64,000 bases of DNA, taken from sequence record NC_071015.1; one strand, 5' to 3'. This document shows, one piece after another, positions 1-9,657 of the stretch. How positions within the stretch are numbered: position 1 is the first letter of the stretch; the number at the start of each line of letters is the position of its first letter. The translations under genes and the position numbers were made by a program. A model generated the notes under the pieces. That model saw only the letters and a list, made by a program, of their open reading frames with translations. It was not told the DNA's origin and searched no databases.

Positions 1-157
1 AAACGAAATCGTTGAGTAATCCCTCTGTGCCTGAAACCCGTGCCAGTTTAATCTGGAACTGAGAATCAAGCTCAGGGTTACCCCACATGTTTCGTACGGC
101 ATAATCGACTAAAGGGTTCCTGTCTTGGGTGTAATCAAGTTGATACGCGGTTGACAT
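1..157 (-). CDS. Partial phiKZ-like virion structural protein (N-terminus only, runs off window)
   Basis: Not in ORF track. ATG at 157 opens MSTAYQLDYTQDRNPLVDYAVRNMWGNPELDSQFQIKLARVSG..., open to base 1. Its position divergent from the sheath matches the structural/terminase operon of phiKZ-like phages. Confidence 0.6.
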   Translation of the reverse strand, partial: MSTAYQLDYTQDRNPLVDYAVRNMWGNPELDSQFQIKLARVSGTEGLLNDFV

Positions 158-180
158 TTATATACCCCAAGAAAAAGGAA

Positions 181-1056
181 TCAACGACCGTTGAGGTAGA
201 ACTCAACTGTCTTAATGAACTGGGTAACGTTCGTGTCGTTCTTCACGTTCAGCTCTTCGCCCACTCGAGTATTCTGGTAGATCTTCTGAGTAGCCGCACT
301 GAAACAGATCGCTGTAAACAGCGTCGGTAACTCAATGGCCGCACCCATCATCATTTTGAAACCAGAGGTGGAGAAGAAAATAGAAGAACCCGCCGCAACC
401 AATCCGCCCAGATCCAGACGTGATAATGCAAAAAGAGTTGGGTCTGCTTTGATCGCAGCCAACAGATCTTCCAACGTACCGAGATAGCCCAGATCATTAA
501 TAACATCATTAACCTGAGTTTGCGGAATACGCAGTGCACGAGAAATGGCGTTTTGAGCGATGAACGTATAGTCTACATCCGGGCTTTCAGTCAGGCAAAC
601 ATAGTAGTGTGCCAGGATGATGCGCAGACGTAACCGTTGTACCAGATCCAATGTTACCGCCCCACCTAACGCTGAACCCAGAGCATTTGCGAATGCTTTG
701 ATAGTGTAAGGACGAACGGTTTTAATTAGCGTCAAGTTATTCTTCTGCAAATCCTGTTGAAGGGTCGCAGCGAGTAACATTAAGTTGTATTCCGGAACGT
801 TGATATTGCGGCCATCTTTATTAAAGTAGGTGCGCTGATCGAAGATCGTAACCGGTTCACGTTTGTAGTTGGTAAGGGAGATGGGGAAGATAAAAGGAGG
901 GAGTCCGAAATCGCTTTTACGGTCAACAGCGTAAATACCACGATTGTCGATCAACTCTAAACGGTCAGTGCTCTGGAGCAGTTTGATCGTCTCTTTAATC
1001 TTATCCTTAATCTGGAATCTACTACCGACAGTAGTATTATAACCATTTAGAATCAT
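181..1056 (-). CDS. Putative virion structural protein (gene divergent from tail sheath)
   Basis: 291-aa ORF; synteny with phiKZ-like sheath locus; no catalytic motif seen. Confidence 0.55.
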   Translation of the reverse strand: MILNGYNTTVGSRFQIKDKIKETIKLLQSTDRLELIDNRGIYAVDRKSDFGLPPFIFPISLTNYKREPVTIFDQRTYFNKDGRNINVPEYNLMLLAATLQQDLQKNNLTLIKTVRPYTIKAFANALGSALGGAVTLDLVQRLRLRIILAHYYVCLTESPDVDYTFIAQNAISRALRIPQTQVNDVINDLGYLGTLEDLLAAIKADPTLFALSRLDLGGLVAAGSSIFFSTSGFKMMMGAAIELPTLFTAICFSAATQKIYQNTRVGEELNVKNDTNVTQFIKTVEFYLNGR

Positions 1057-1163
1057 AACTCTAGTCCTGAAATAATGTTATGCGTGTTAACGTTAACTAT
1101 CATGCCCGAAATTTGGGTCATACGATTGATTTTTTTGATCAAAAAAATTAATGAGGTTTTACT
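1057..1163. promoter_or_regulatory. Divergent late-promoter region with two palindromes
   Basis: GTTATG at 1077-1082 (+) and TATG at 1119-1122 (-); TATG is the phiKZ late promoter core. Palindromes GTTAACGTTAAC (1086-1097) and ATTTTTTTGATCAAAAAAAT (1129-1148); SD GAGG before 1164. Confidence 0.45.
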
Positions 1164-3368
1164 ATGGATACTTTTAGCAAAGTGATCCCAGGTAAAGTTG
1201 TTAATAATGGTATTGTTAGTCGGGAGACTTTCCCTAACGCAACGCCGGTTATTTCTTCACCTGCTCACTTTCCAGACTTCGCGGCGGTGACCCCTAAAGG
1301 GGAAACAAAGCGCGCGACGGTATCGGTAGCCACCTTCAACGAAAAGTTTGGTGACACTACTGATCCGTACGGTCTTTATTACAACCCGGTGACTTACGCC
1401 ATTCAACAGTTAGGTGCGGCAGGACAAGCTTCTTTTAGCTTCAAACGTCTGACCAATAACACTGTGCGTGCGCGCGTCATCAAAGGCGTTGGTATTTTTG
1501 CTGGTTCCGTTCCGAATTACGATCGTGCGACTAATGGCGATTATAAATACGATGCAGCGGGTAATCCGGTAGTCAGTAAAGATGCCCCGACGGTTGAAGG
1601 TCTTTGGGTCTGCCCAGGCGTTCTGCAATCCAGCGGTGACATCGGTTCTGCAAAGAGCTTTGAAATCACTGCGGATGCATCCGTTCCTGGAATCCCGGCT
1701 GGTACTACCGGTACGTTCTATCCGCTGGCTGAACTGATCTCTGGTATCGGCGATGCATACAACACCAGCTACGCAGCGATCGGCCATCAGAGCCTGACCG
1801 ACTGGAACGAGCTGGCGCGTTTCGTGACCACCAATGGCGCGTTCCCGTTTGTTCTGAACATCGGTACGCTGCTCGACTCTGGTCTGCGTTCTCCGGCAAG
1901 CACCGTCACCGGTACCCCGGATACTACCTTCACGATGTTCGACGTGGTGACCAGCGACAATGTTCGCTATAACCTGAAAGCAGCCGTGGACGCCTATACA
2001 GGCAACAACGTCAACCGTCCGGTTCAGACTAACGATGCGCCGTTCTCTGAAACTTACGTTTACACTAACTATGTAAATGAAGTGGCGAAAGCGCTGTTCG
2101 AAGCAGAATACGTCAACGGTGCCGGTACCGCTCCGACTGTCCAGTCTAAGCGTCTGCCGAAATACGCGATCATGAACATGTGGGATCTGGTTGACCATAA
2201 CGGCCTGCCGTACCAGAATGTCGTGTTCGGCGGTAACCTGATGGTTTCCGGTGGCTCCAACGTGGTTACTGGTACTCGTATCAGTCTGAACCATTACCTG
2301 CAGGCTAACGGCGGGATCAACCCGTACGCTGATGCAGATGGCAATTTCCCGGCTGCTCCGTCTACCTGGGTTCCGGCCAACGATGGTACCTGGATTACTG
2401 ACACCAGCGATCCGGATGCAATCCTCTCTCACAAACAGTGCTGGGAAATGAACCAGATGCTCATTGAAGCCTGGCTCACTGAATACCAGAATTCACTGGA
2501 TGTGAAAGATGTGATCCGTAACCGTACTTCCTTTATGTGGGACGTTGGTTACAATCAGAAAATCAAGAACCTGATGATTCAGATGCTGTCCAAGCGTAAA
2601 GACATCATCGTGGTTCCGTGTGCCTCTGAGTATCTGCGTAAGAAATCTCAGGATGAACTCTATTCCACAGCGACCATGCTGAATACCCGCATGACGATGA
2701 TTCCGGAATCTGAGATCTATCAGTCACGCGCCTGTCGTGGGTCCATCAACCTGTGGGACGCTCGTTATATCGATGAGCCAACCTGGGGTCGCTTCTCACT
2801 GAACATCGAAAACATGTACGCCTTTGCTATTGCAGGCGGCGGTTCCGATGGTCGTATGTATGCGGCGAACATGCCTGATCACGAAGGTAACCGTATTCTG
2901 CGTATCGCTCATGATCCGTTCATTGAGTTCGAAGCAGATGACCCGGCAGCCAACAACCTGATCAACGGCTGCATTACTGTTACTCCGATCACGGAATCTC
3001 AGTTCTGCCGTCCGGCACTGCCAACTGTTTATGACAACATCAACAGTGTGCTGAAAGATCTGACCAACGTGTGGAAATGCGTCTGCGTTGAGAAGATTCT
3101 TCAAGATCAGTGGATCCGTGTTTCCGGCGATACCCAACTCGGTGCGTCCGGTTACCTGTCTGAAGTTAAAGACGGTGCTGAAGCCCGTATTCGCGATCTC
3201 TTCGGTTCTGTTATCTCCAGCTGGGAAGTTGTGACCTCCTTCAAAGAGGATTCTCCGACCTCCAAGTCTGTTATGTACGCGGTTACTCGCCTGTGGTTGG
3301 GTAAAGGCGTTTACATGATGGATTCCGTGCTGGAAGCGTATAACGAAGATAGCCTCGCAGCAGCATAA
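1164..3368 (+). CDS. Contractile tail sheath protein (phiKZ gp29-like)
   Basis: 734 aa; N-terminal VVNNGIVSRE...PAHFP, C-terminal WDVGY...LSKRKDI and final-strand VLEAY pattern of phiKZ-type sheaths; strong codon bias; followed by tube-sized gene. Confidence 0.85.
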   Translation: MDTFSKVIPGKVVNNGIVSRETFPNATPVISSPAHFPDFAAVTPKGETKRATVSVATFNEKFGDTTDPYGLYYNPVTYAIQQLGAAGQASFSFKRLTNNTVRARVIKGVGIFAGSVPNYDRATNGDYKYDAAGNPVVSKDAPTVEGLWVCPGVLQSSGDIGSAKSFEITADASVPGIPAGTTGTFYPLAELISGIGDAYNTSYAAIGHQSLTDWNELARFVTTNGAFPFVLNIGTLLDSGLRSPASTVTGTPDTTFTMFDVVTSDNVRYNLKAAVDAYTGNNVNRPVQTNDAPFSETYVYTNYVNEVAKALFEAEYVNGAGTAPTVQSKRLPKYAIMNMWDLVDHNGLPYQNVVFGGNLMVSGGSNVVTGTRISLNHYLQANGGINPYADADGNFPAAPSTWVPANDGTWITDTSDPDAILSHKQCWEMNQMLIEAWLTEYQNSLDVKDVIRNRTSFMWDVGYNQKIKNLMIQMLSKRKDIIVVPCASEYLRKKSQDELYSTATMLNTRMTMIPESEIYQSRACRGSINLWDARYIDEPTWGRFSLNIENMYAFAIAGGGSDGRMYAANMPDHEGNRILRIAHDPFIEFEADDPAANNLINGCITVTPITESQFCRPALPTVYDNINSVLKDLTNVWKCVCVEKILQDQWIRVSGDTQLGASGYLSEVKDGAEARIRDLFGSVISSWEVVTSFKEDSPTSKSVMYAVTRLWLGKGVYMMDSVLEAYNEDSLAAA

Positions 3369-3385
3369 TAAGGGAAGCGTAAAAA

Positions 3386-4288
3386 ATGAGTACTAATTAT
3401 CCGCATCGTGATAATTTGACGCTGATGCCCGGTAACTCCGATTTCAAACGTGCCTTTGATATTGGCAATACGCCAGTGGTCAATGCGGCGAGCGGTGGTG
3501 AGTACGGGTTCGCCCCGAATAACTTCCGCTACGTTCAGGAGCAACCGTACGTCTCCCAGCGTCCTTACTGTGTCAACCTGTCTACACCAGCGGCCTTCTC
3601 TGCACTGCCGGGCGGTAAAGATCTCCACGGTCTGCTTCGTGCATACATGGAAACTCGTAGCCGTAACTGGTCAGGTCTGACGTCACGTACGTCCGTGGAT
3701 TACCACGACATCACCTGGGCGGGCGGTTCTACCCTGAGCTTCCCGGTTGGTTCTTCTCGTCAGTATGGTGCGATCAGCCACATGGCTCTGGATCCGGAAG
3801 GTGAGTCCTTCTCCAAACTGTTCGATACCTGGATCAACTACCTGTTGAACGACCCGGTTATCCGTCATCCGAAAATCATCACCCTGAACTACGGCGGTGA
3901 TCTGCTTCTGGATGAGATCTCCATGAGTTCCGTGTACTTCGAACCGACCCGTAACTGGAAAGACGTTCGCCACGCATTCATCGTGCTTGCACAGATGCCG
4001 AAAGAAGGTCCGAACTATGAGTTTGGCTTCGACGTGGATAACGCTTCTGGTCAGGTACGTGAGATCAGTACTGAATTCACCGGTCTGATCGAGTTCGACA
4101 CCATGGCGGCTAAAGAGATTGCCCGCGCTGTTATGCAGCGTATGCCTCTTTACAACCCAGCGGGTCGTGCTGCACCGGCAGGCTTCAAACAGCCGACGGC
4201 TACCCTCCAGGGTATCCAGAACAACGGTCTGGTTGACCTCATGAACAAAGATGCGCGTCAGATCTCTAACGCCAACTTCATGGGTTAA
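3386..4288 (+). CDS. Tail tube / major virion structural protein (phiKZ gp30-like)
   Basis: 300 aa directly after sheath; GGEYGFAPN, QPYVSQ, YFEPT, EISTEFTG segments; strong codon bias. Confidence 0.75.
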   Translation: MSTNYPHRDNLTLMPGNSDFKRAFDIGNTPVVNAASGGEYGFAPNNFRYVQEQPYVSQRPYCVNLSTPAAFSALPGGKDLHGLLRAYMETRSRNWSGLTSRTSVDYHDITWAGGSTLSFPVGSSRQYGAISHMALDPEGESFSKLFDTWINYLLNDPVIRHPKIITLNYGGDLLLDEISMSSVYFEPTRNWKDVRHAFIVLAQMPKEGPNYEFGFDVDNASGQVREISTEFTGLIEFDTMAAKEIARAVMQRMPLYNPAGRAAPAGFKQPTATLQGIQNNGLVDLMNKDARQISNANFMG

Positions 4289-4314
4289 CAAAAAAAAAAT
4301 AAACAGCAATGTTT

Positions 4315-4344
4315 CTCCTACTCTCCCGTTTGGGAGAGTAGGAG
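4315..4344. terminator. Bidirectional hairpin terminator at convergent junction
   Basis: CTCCTACTCTCCC-GTTT-GGGAGAGTAGGAG, 13-bp stem; A-tract at 4290-4303; GTTTTGTTTG follows. Confidence 0.8.
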
Positions 4345-4354
4345 TTTTGTTTGC

Positions 4355-4765
4355 TTATTGATTACGGATAAAACTTACCAACTTCAGTTGAATCTCAGAA
4401 AGCTTCTTCGAACTTTCGGGGTCATATTGAATTAACCAGATGGGTTCCTTCCTATTTGTGAAGTCAAAAAGGAATCGTGCCAGGTACGTCGTTTTAGAGC
4501 GACTGATAAAATGTTCCGCCTGTGCAACAGAAGCACGTCCGTGTCCCGACGGCAGAGTGATAAATTCAAATGTACCGTCTCGCTTATACGACGGCAATCT
4601 CACGTTAGGATCAGCGACAACATAAATGGTTCGATCCCGGTACGTGATGGTGAACGTATCCCCCGCTTGCTTGCACTTTACGCTGGGTTTTGCACTGCCA
4701 TCTAAATGCATCCCCACCCACGCAATAAACAGGAACATTCCAATGGCAAAAAGCACATTAATCAA
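4355..4765 (-). CDS. Hypothetical membrane-anchored protein
   Basis: 136 aa; N-terminal hydrophobic helix; ATGA overlap with upstream gene. Confidence 0.6.
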   Translation of the reverse strand: MINVLFAIGMFLFIAWVGMHLDGSAKPSVKCKQAGDTFTITYRDRTIYVVADPNVRLPSYKRDGTFEFITLPSGHGRASVAQAEHFISRSKTTYLARFLFDFTNRKEPIWLIQYDPESSKKLSEIQLKLVSFIRNQ

Positions 4766-5217
4766 TTCCTTAAAGCCTTCAATAATAGATGACGTTTAAA
4801 CTCACGATATTCAAAGAGATCACGTTTGGTAAAATGCAGACTCTTAAGCTTAGACTCTTCGTAAACACCGTTGATCAGTGCCTCGAATTTGTCATGTGTT
4901 AAATCAACTTGTTTAATGTACTTGATGAACTCACGGTAACGATAATTCATCGGAAGTTGAATCTGCATCTTCCGTTCACCTTGCACTTCATGCACAGGTG
5001 AGGTGATGTTCTCATTATAAAAGATATCCAGTATCCAGATCTTTCCTTCTTCATCTAATAATGAAACGTGTATTGCGTTCTTTAAAAGATGATGCCAGGT
5101 TAAACGTTGAGTACTGGCAGGCTGGTCTCTAACTAACCAGAGACCGAGCAGCACCATAACAATACCGATGAGAATAGTGGAACCACCCAACACAATCAAA
5201 TTAGTCGGGATCGACAC
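4762..5217 (-). CDS. Hypothetical membrane-anchored protein
   Basis: 151 aa; N-terminal TM (LIVLGGSTILIGIVMVLLGLWLV). Confidence 0.6.
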   Translation of the reverse strand: MSIPTNLIVLGGSTILIGIVMVLLGLWLVRDQPASTQRLTWHHLLKNAIHVSLLDEEGKIWILDIFYNENITSPVHEVQGERKMQIQLPMNYRYREFIKYIKQVDLTHDKFEALINGVYEESKLKSLHFTKRDLFEYREFKRHLLLKALRN

Positions 5218-5923
5218 TCCGTCCTCCTAACAGTTCGTACGTTAACTTGATGACTCCCAGAGTGTATTCTTCATCGTATAACTTCTTAGAAAAATCATCC
5301 CACTCTCGCTGGAACATTTCCATACCGACGTCAGGATAACTTTTCCAGTGATATCCCTCCACACCAAACTTCTCTAACAGATGTTTGTAAACGTCCTCAA
5401 TAAGCTGGTCACCAGGCAGGTTATTCTTTAGCCTGAATTGAATAGCTCGTTTGATGTACAGATCCAGATCGGGAGCCCCGCTGTCAGCCACGCTCACAAT
5501 AGAACTAACCAAACTACTGGGTTTATGTTTATTAGAACTGCGATGTTCCAAAACCGCAGTGGCGATAGTGATCATTTCTTCATCGTCAAACTCACCTGGC
5601 CAGTAACGGTCAATGAGCTCATACGTGAGTCCATATCCTATCAAATGATGATGCTTTCTTTCAAACTTGCATCCGATATCGTGCAGTAAACATCCCAAAT
5701 AGACCAAAAGGGTGGTGCGTTCATCCAACCCTATTTCTTCGCAGATGCGTTTGCCCAACCGACAAACGTCCATCACGTGCCCTAAATTATGGGCGGGGTC
5801 ATTGAGGGATATTGAATAGACACAATAGCGAAGCAATTCTTTTTGAACCCGATAATTGAACAGTTTTGCCCAATCAGCGTCTTGCTGTACTTTTGCTTCA
5901 TCTAAGGTCACTACGTTATCCAT
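5201..5923 (-). CDS. HD-domain metal-dependent phosphohydrolase
   Basis: H...HD...D motif: AHNLGH, LLHDIG, LEHR, VADSG. Confidence 0.8.
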   Translation of the reverse strand: MDNVVTLDEAKVQQDADWAKLFNYRVQKELLRYCVYSISLNDPAHNLGHVMDVCRLGKRICEEIGLDERTTLLVYLGCLLHDIGCKFERKHHHLIGYGLTYELIDRYWPGEFDDEEMITIATAVLEHRSSNKHKPSSLVSSIVSVADSGAPDLDLYIKRAIQFRLKNNLPGDQLIEDVYKHLLEKFGVEGYHWKSYPDVGMEMFQREWDDFSKKLYDEEYTLGVIKLTYELLGGRSVDPD

Positions 5924-6020
5924 TTAATCTTCCTTCAAAGCCTATATGTTAATCATCATCAAAATAATGTTTGTTTATTTAATTTTTCACTTCTCAAAAA
6001 AAAGAAAAGAAGATGAAGGG

Positions 6021-6046
6021 GGTTAGGGAACCGAAGCTCCCTAACC
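6021..6046 (-). terminator. Hairpin terminator
   Basis: GGTTAGGGA...TCCCTAACC; U-rich tract follows on minus strand (5997-6010). Confidence 0.65.
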
Positions 6047-6054
6047 TTATCACA

Positions 6055-6768
6055 TTATAGTGAACTCTTTGCAGCGGCTTTGCGAATATCGTCAATAGAG
6101 GTGTATACTATTTCCGGCGATTCGTCAGGTTGCAACGGAGACTTTAAGCAAACATCCAGATTAACCCGCTGCAGTTGTTCGGCTAACGGCCCGACCGGGA
6201 GTAAGTAACTCCAGACTTCGCCTTCGTAATATCCGTCTGCCCCTTGACGATCTAACACGATAGCAACTGTGGAGTTCGGATCCAGTTTGGTGATCTTCAA
6301 TAACCCTTCAGCAATATTGGTGTCGCCGTTAGATGTGGAGAAGACTGGACTGGTGTCATCGGCTTCACGAATCTGAGTTATCCCGTTCGGGTAGTTCATG
6401 ATGGAGACTTCTGTTGCGTCTCTTGGTGCCTGACCGTTTACGGTTAAACTGTGAGAGATTCCCCAGGCTCCCATGCGACTGTCACAAATGAGAGAAATGA
6501 TCATCGGGTTGGTTTTATCCGGGACAACCAAATTTACCCCAGCAGTGGTGGGACTCATTTTAATACCCTGCACCATAACCTTTGAAGCCACCTTTCCTTC
6601 ATGTATCACTTTCCCGTACATCTGTTCCATCTGGGCTGGGTCGTTAAAGGCTTTACGCACTTCACTGTTATTGGAAACATCGCGATTCGGATTTCTTACT
6701 TCATCTTTCTCGCAACCTACCAGCATAAACCCAAGTACCATAACAACAATGAGATACATCTTTTTCAT
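6055..6768 (-). CDS. Putative lipoprotein (exported paralog 1)
   Basis: MKK + hydrophobic core + lipobox LVG-C; LICD motif and distal Cys. Confidence 0.7.
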   Translation of the reverse strand: MKKMYLIVVMVLGFMLVGCEKDEVRNPNRDVSNNSEVRKAFNDPAQMEQMYGKVIHEGKVASKVMVQGIKMSPTTAGVNLVVPDKTNPMIISLICDSRMGAWGISHSLTVNGQAPRDATEVSIMNYPNGITQIREADDTSPVFSTSNGDTNIAEGLLKITKLDPNSTVAIVLDRQGADGYYEGEVWSYLLPVGPLAEQLQRVNLDVCLKSPLQPDESPEIVYTSIDDIRKAAAKSSL

Positions 6769-6783
6769 GATAATGTCCTTTAA

Positions 6784-6809
6784 CTGCTACTGGGATTAGC
6801 CAGTAGCAG
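6784..6809 (-). terminator. Intergenic hairpin
   Basis: CTGCTACTGG-6nt-CCAGTAGCAG, 10-bp stem; no strong U-tract. Confidence 0.45.
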
Positions 6810-6814
6810 AATGG

Positions 6815-7444
6815 TTAGATTTGATCGGTGAGATTTTTCAGGGGATAAACGGTGGTAAACCCACCGTCGATATTACAACCTTCTGAGCCAGCGATGTTAT
6901 CCACAGCTTGGAGGATTTGCTTGGCTAAATAAGAAGGGACTAACATGGAACTGGCCACCGGAATTTCTTTCCCGTCTTTGACTGTGTAAAACTCAAATGA
7001 CAGAAACCCTTTGCCGTCCAGAATTTGCATGGCTTGCAATTTATCACGCAGGTTATCATTCATGTTCCCGCCATCAAAGATGGTCCCGTCACCACCTGCA
7101 TGATAACCATCTTCACCGTTACCGTAAACGGCAATGCGAAACTGAGTCGCACCTTTCGCTTTGCCACCCAGTACGTCATTCATGTAATAGAAAACATTCA
7201 ACGATTGGGTAGTGGAATCACACTGCAGCAGTACCCGTTCATGGGTATTGGTTTTGCTGTTCAGCATGTTCACAGTGATGTCAGTAATCCCGTTCATTAC
7301 TTTATCGGCTTGAACGCCAGCATGATCGGCACGAGGAGCTTGCATTGTGGTTGTTGCCTCAGCTTTGTTGGTGAACTGTAAAATGACAACAATGACGATT
7401 GTCACCAGTGCCGCATAAAGAAAATTAATCGGTTTCATATCCAT
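6815..7444 (-). CDS. Exported protein (paralog 2)
   Basis: Signal peptide ending AEA; LQCD motif and distal Cys. Confidence 0.65.
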   Translation of the reverse strand: MDMKPINFLYAALVTIVIVVILQFTNKAEATTTMQAPRADHAGVQADKVMNGITDITVNMLNSKTNTHERVLLQCDSTTQSLNVFYYMNDVLGGKAKGATQFRIAVYGNGEDGYHAGGDGTIFDGGNMNDNLRDKLQAMQILDGKGFLSFEFYTVKDGKEIPVASSMLVPSYLAKQILQAVDNIAGSEGCNIDGGFTTVYPLKNLTDQI

Positions 7445-7531
7445 TACCTGTAGTTAAAAGCGCCCTGCAAACCCAAAAGGCCGCAAGGCTTAAAATCAAT
7501 TTGATTATATTGCTCTATATTTTATTTGAAC

Positions 7532-8080
7532 TTAAAATATAGCTTTGTCTGCACTGGGGGAAATTGGGCAGTTTGCATCCAGTGCTTTCAGATACGGCTT
7601 CCACCCATCACCAGCCAAAAAGACTTCATCGCCTTCTTGAATGATTTTCGGTCCTGCCGGATCTTGGGTCGTTACTGCGTGATCCCACATTGCTTTACTG
7701 CCTAACGGGAAGCGAGCGATCGTAAACGCTTTGTCGGAATTAAGCACCACATAGTAGACTTCACTTTGCGGTGTCATTCCAGCTCCTACATAAAAGATCC
7801 CTTCCTGATTAGGTTTGGTAAGTTCCGTGGCCCCGAACTTGCGAAACAAATAGAAGTCATAATCGTTACCGCCGAAGCGATAGTTCACTTTCAAATGCTT
7901 CGTTGCCACGTCACACGTCAATGTCAGCTGGCCGCCCTTCTCGCCCTGATTGGTCATACCGGTGATTTTACCTTTGTTATCCACCACCGGCGTCCAACCG
8001 TACTCTTTATCCGGCGCACCATAAGCAATACTGCTAAAGCCTATAAGAAACAGCGCAACTGCAATAACGATCTTTTTCAT
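7532..8080 (-). CDS. Exported protein (paralog 3)
   Basis: Start moved to MKKIVIAVALF (8080); signal peptide ending AYG; LTCD motif and distal Cys. Confidence 0.65.
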   Translation of the reverse strand: MKKIVIAVALFLIGFSSIAYGAPDKEYGWTPVVDNKGKITGMTNQGEKGGQLTLTCDVATKHLKVNYRFGGNDYDFYLFRKFGATELTKPNQEGIFYVGAGMTPQSEVYYVVLNSDKAFTIARFPLGSKAMWDHAVTTQDPAGPKIIQEGDEVFLAGDGWKPYLKALDANCPISPSADKAIF

Positions 8081-8156
8081 TGAGAAATACCCTTTAATAA
8101 AATTGAATGAGTTATACACATGGATAATATCAAACTGATTTCTCATCGAGATGAGA

Positions 8157-8759
8157 TTACAATCTGCCTTTATATTTCTCCAGTGTCGATTCGGCGTCGG
8201 TTATTGCCGTGGTGATAAATTTTGTCAGTTTGGTGAGAACCTCAATAAAGTTCTTTTCCTTATGCTCATAAAGTCTTGCTTTCTCTGCACAGGAGGCAAT
8301 ATCAAAGAAGAAATCATGAGTAGTGGAAGTACCAACCGCTACCATCGACGTATAGACCGCTGAAGGACCCGTAGAGCTGTTTAAGAACTCTTTGAGTACG
8401 AATGTCTTACCAGCTCCGTAATGCTGCTTATAATCGCTTAGAAAGCGATTAATGAGATCCCTCATTACGCCCAGTTTTCTAACGTAGTCCTTCAAAGCAT
8501 CGTTACCACCAATATTATCGTTGGCATGAAGCTTGATAATTTCTGATCCAATAGAAAATACAAGTTCAAATGTCGGATGGATAAACTCAACCGGTGTGTA
8601 ATCTTTGCTCCAGGTTCTTTCGTTAACTGGGATGTTTTCTGATTCAGGATTTAATTCCCATCGCGTCGAGTTACTGAGTTCATGACGGAAAGAAATTGTG
8701 TTTAATTTAGGCGACCGCTGTAACCAGTCTCGTTTATAAGAGCGTTTTAACCAAGCCAT
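8157..8759 (-). CDS. Hypothetical protein, paralog of 9644..10276 (family A)
   Basis: FVLKEFLN / FDIASC match LVVREFLN / FEVSSC. Confidence 0.65.
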   Translation of the reverse strand: MAWLKRSYKRDWLQRSPKLNTISFRHELSNSTRWELNPESENIPVNERTWSKDYTPVEFIHPTFELVFSIGSEIIKLHANDNIGGNDALKDYVRKLGVMRDLINRFLSDYKQHYGAGKTFVLKEFLNSSTGPSAVYTSMVAVGTSTTHDFFFDIASCAEKARLYEHKEKNFIEVLTKLTKFITTAITDAESTLEKYKGRL

Positions 8760-8761
8760 TT

Positions 8762-9217
8762 TTAATCATCCCATCCCTCACCTTCGAGTCGCTTTTTGCT
8801 TTCCTCATAGATCTCGTGTCGGGACGGCACACGAGGTTCCTTGGGAAATGTCGTTCGGGTGGTATATCCACGGTCACCAATTTTAACGGTGGCTTTGTAA
8901 TGGACCACTTTTTCTTCCGCAGGGCAATTCACCCATTCATTAAAAAGCTCCCAGTCTTTCTCATAAATGTTGACGCAGTGTCCGTCGTTGGATCGAAGAC
9001 TGATATGACCACGAGTAATGTGAGTCGGATCGACCTTGAGAATCCGGTAACTACTTTTAGATACCTGCAACTTTAACAACCGGCGTCCCAGTTTAACAAA
9101 CTCTTCGTCCATAGCTTCGAGAATAACGCTCTCTTCCCGCTTGCTGTTATGGGCCTGACAAATTCGTCTGCGAAGATGGTTCCAGGTTTCTTTTAAAATG
9201 TCTTCTTTGTTACTCAT
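8762..9217 (-). CDS. Hypothetical protein, paralog of 9217..9657 (family B)
   Basis: Start MSNKED overlaps upstream stop (ATGA); SKREESVILEAMDEEFVKL motif. Confidence 0.6.
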   Translation of the reverse strand: MSNKEDILKETWNHLRRRICQAHNSKREESVILEAMDEEFVKLGRRLLKLQVSKSSYRILKVDPTHITRGHISLRSNDGHCVNIYEKDWELFNEWVNCPAEEKVVHYKATVKIGDRGYTTRTTFPKEPRVPSRHEIYEESKKRLEGEGWDD

Positions 9218-9657
9218 CACCACCACCTTGTATAGAAGTTATTGTCCTCGCACTCTTCCAAAGTCTTGGGACGGGCAACTTTCCATTTTGTCGCCCAGAT
9301 AAAGAACTTCGACCAGTTCTCGTCATTAATCTCGATTTTAAAATCGTTACGGGCGATAACAACAGTCATCGCAGCATAACGGGCAATGTCAACCTGACGA
9401 AGGCCAAATTGCATGGGAATTTTATCTTCAATGTCAGTATGGGTTATATTGAAATAACGATAAGGGCGATACAGCTCACCCGGAGCAGTGATTCGAACAG
9501 GACCCAGCGTGTAACTCTTATTAATGGTATTGGCCAGTCGCACCATTTCTTTATCAATGTCTTTAAAGATCGCTTCTGCGCTTCGTTTAGATTTGATTGA
9601 CATCATGGTCAGTACACGAAAGCGAGCAAACTGTTTGTAAATATCAATGTCCGTCAT
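9217..9657 (-). CDS. Hypothetical protein (family B)
   Basis: SKRSAEAIFKDIDKEMVRL and IEINDENWSKF match neighbour. Confidence 0.6.
   Translation of the reverse strand: MTDIDIYKQFARFRVLTMMSIKSKRSAEAIFKDIDKEMVRLANTINKSYTLGPVRITAPGELYRPYRYFNITHTDIEDKIPMQFGLRQVDIARYAAMTVVIARNDFKIEINDENWSKFFIWATKWKVARPKTLEECEDNNFYTRWW

Noticed and set aside
4290-4303. Poly-A tracts as phase-variation sites
   Set aside because: They are intergenic and always beside hairpins, so better explained as terminator elements.
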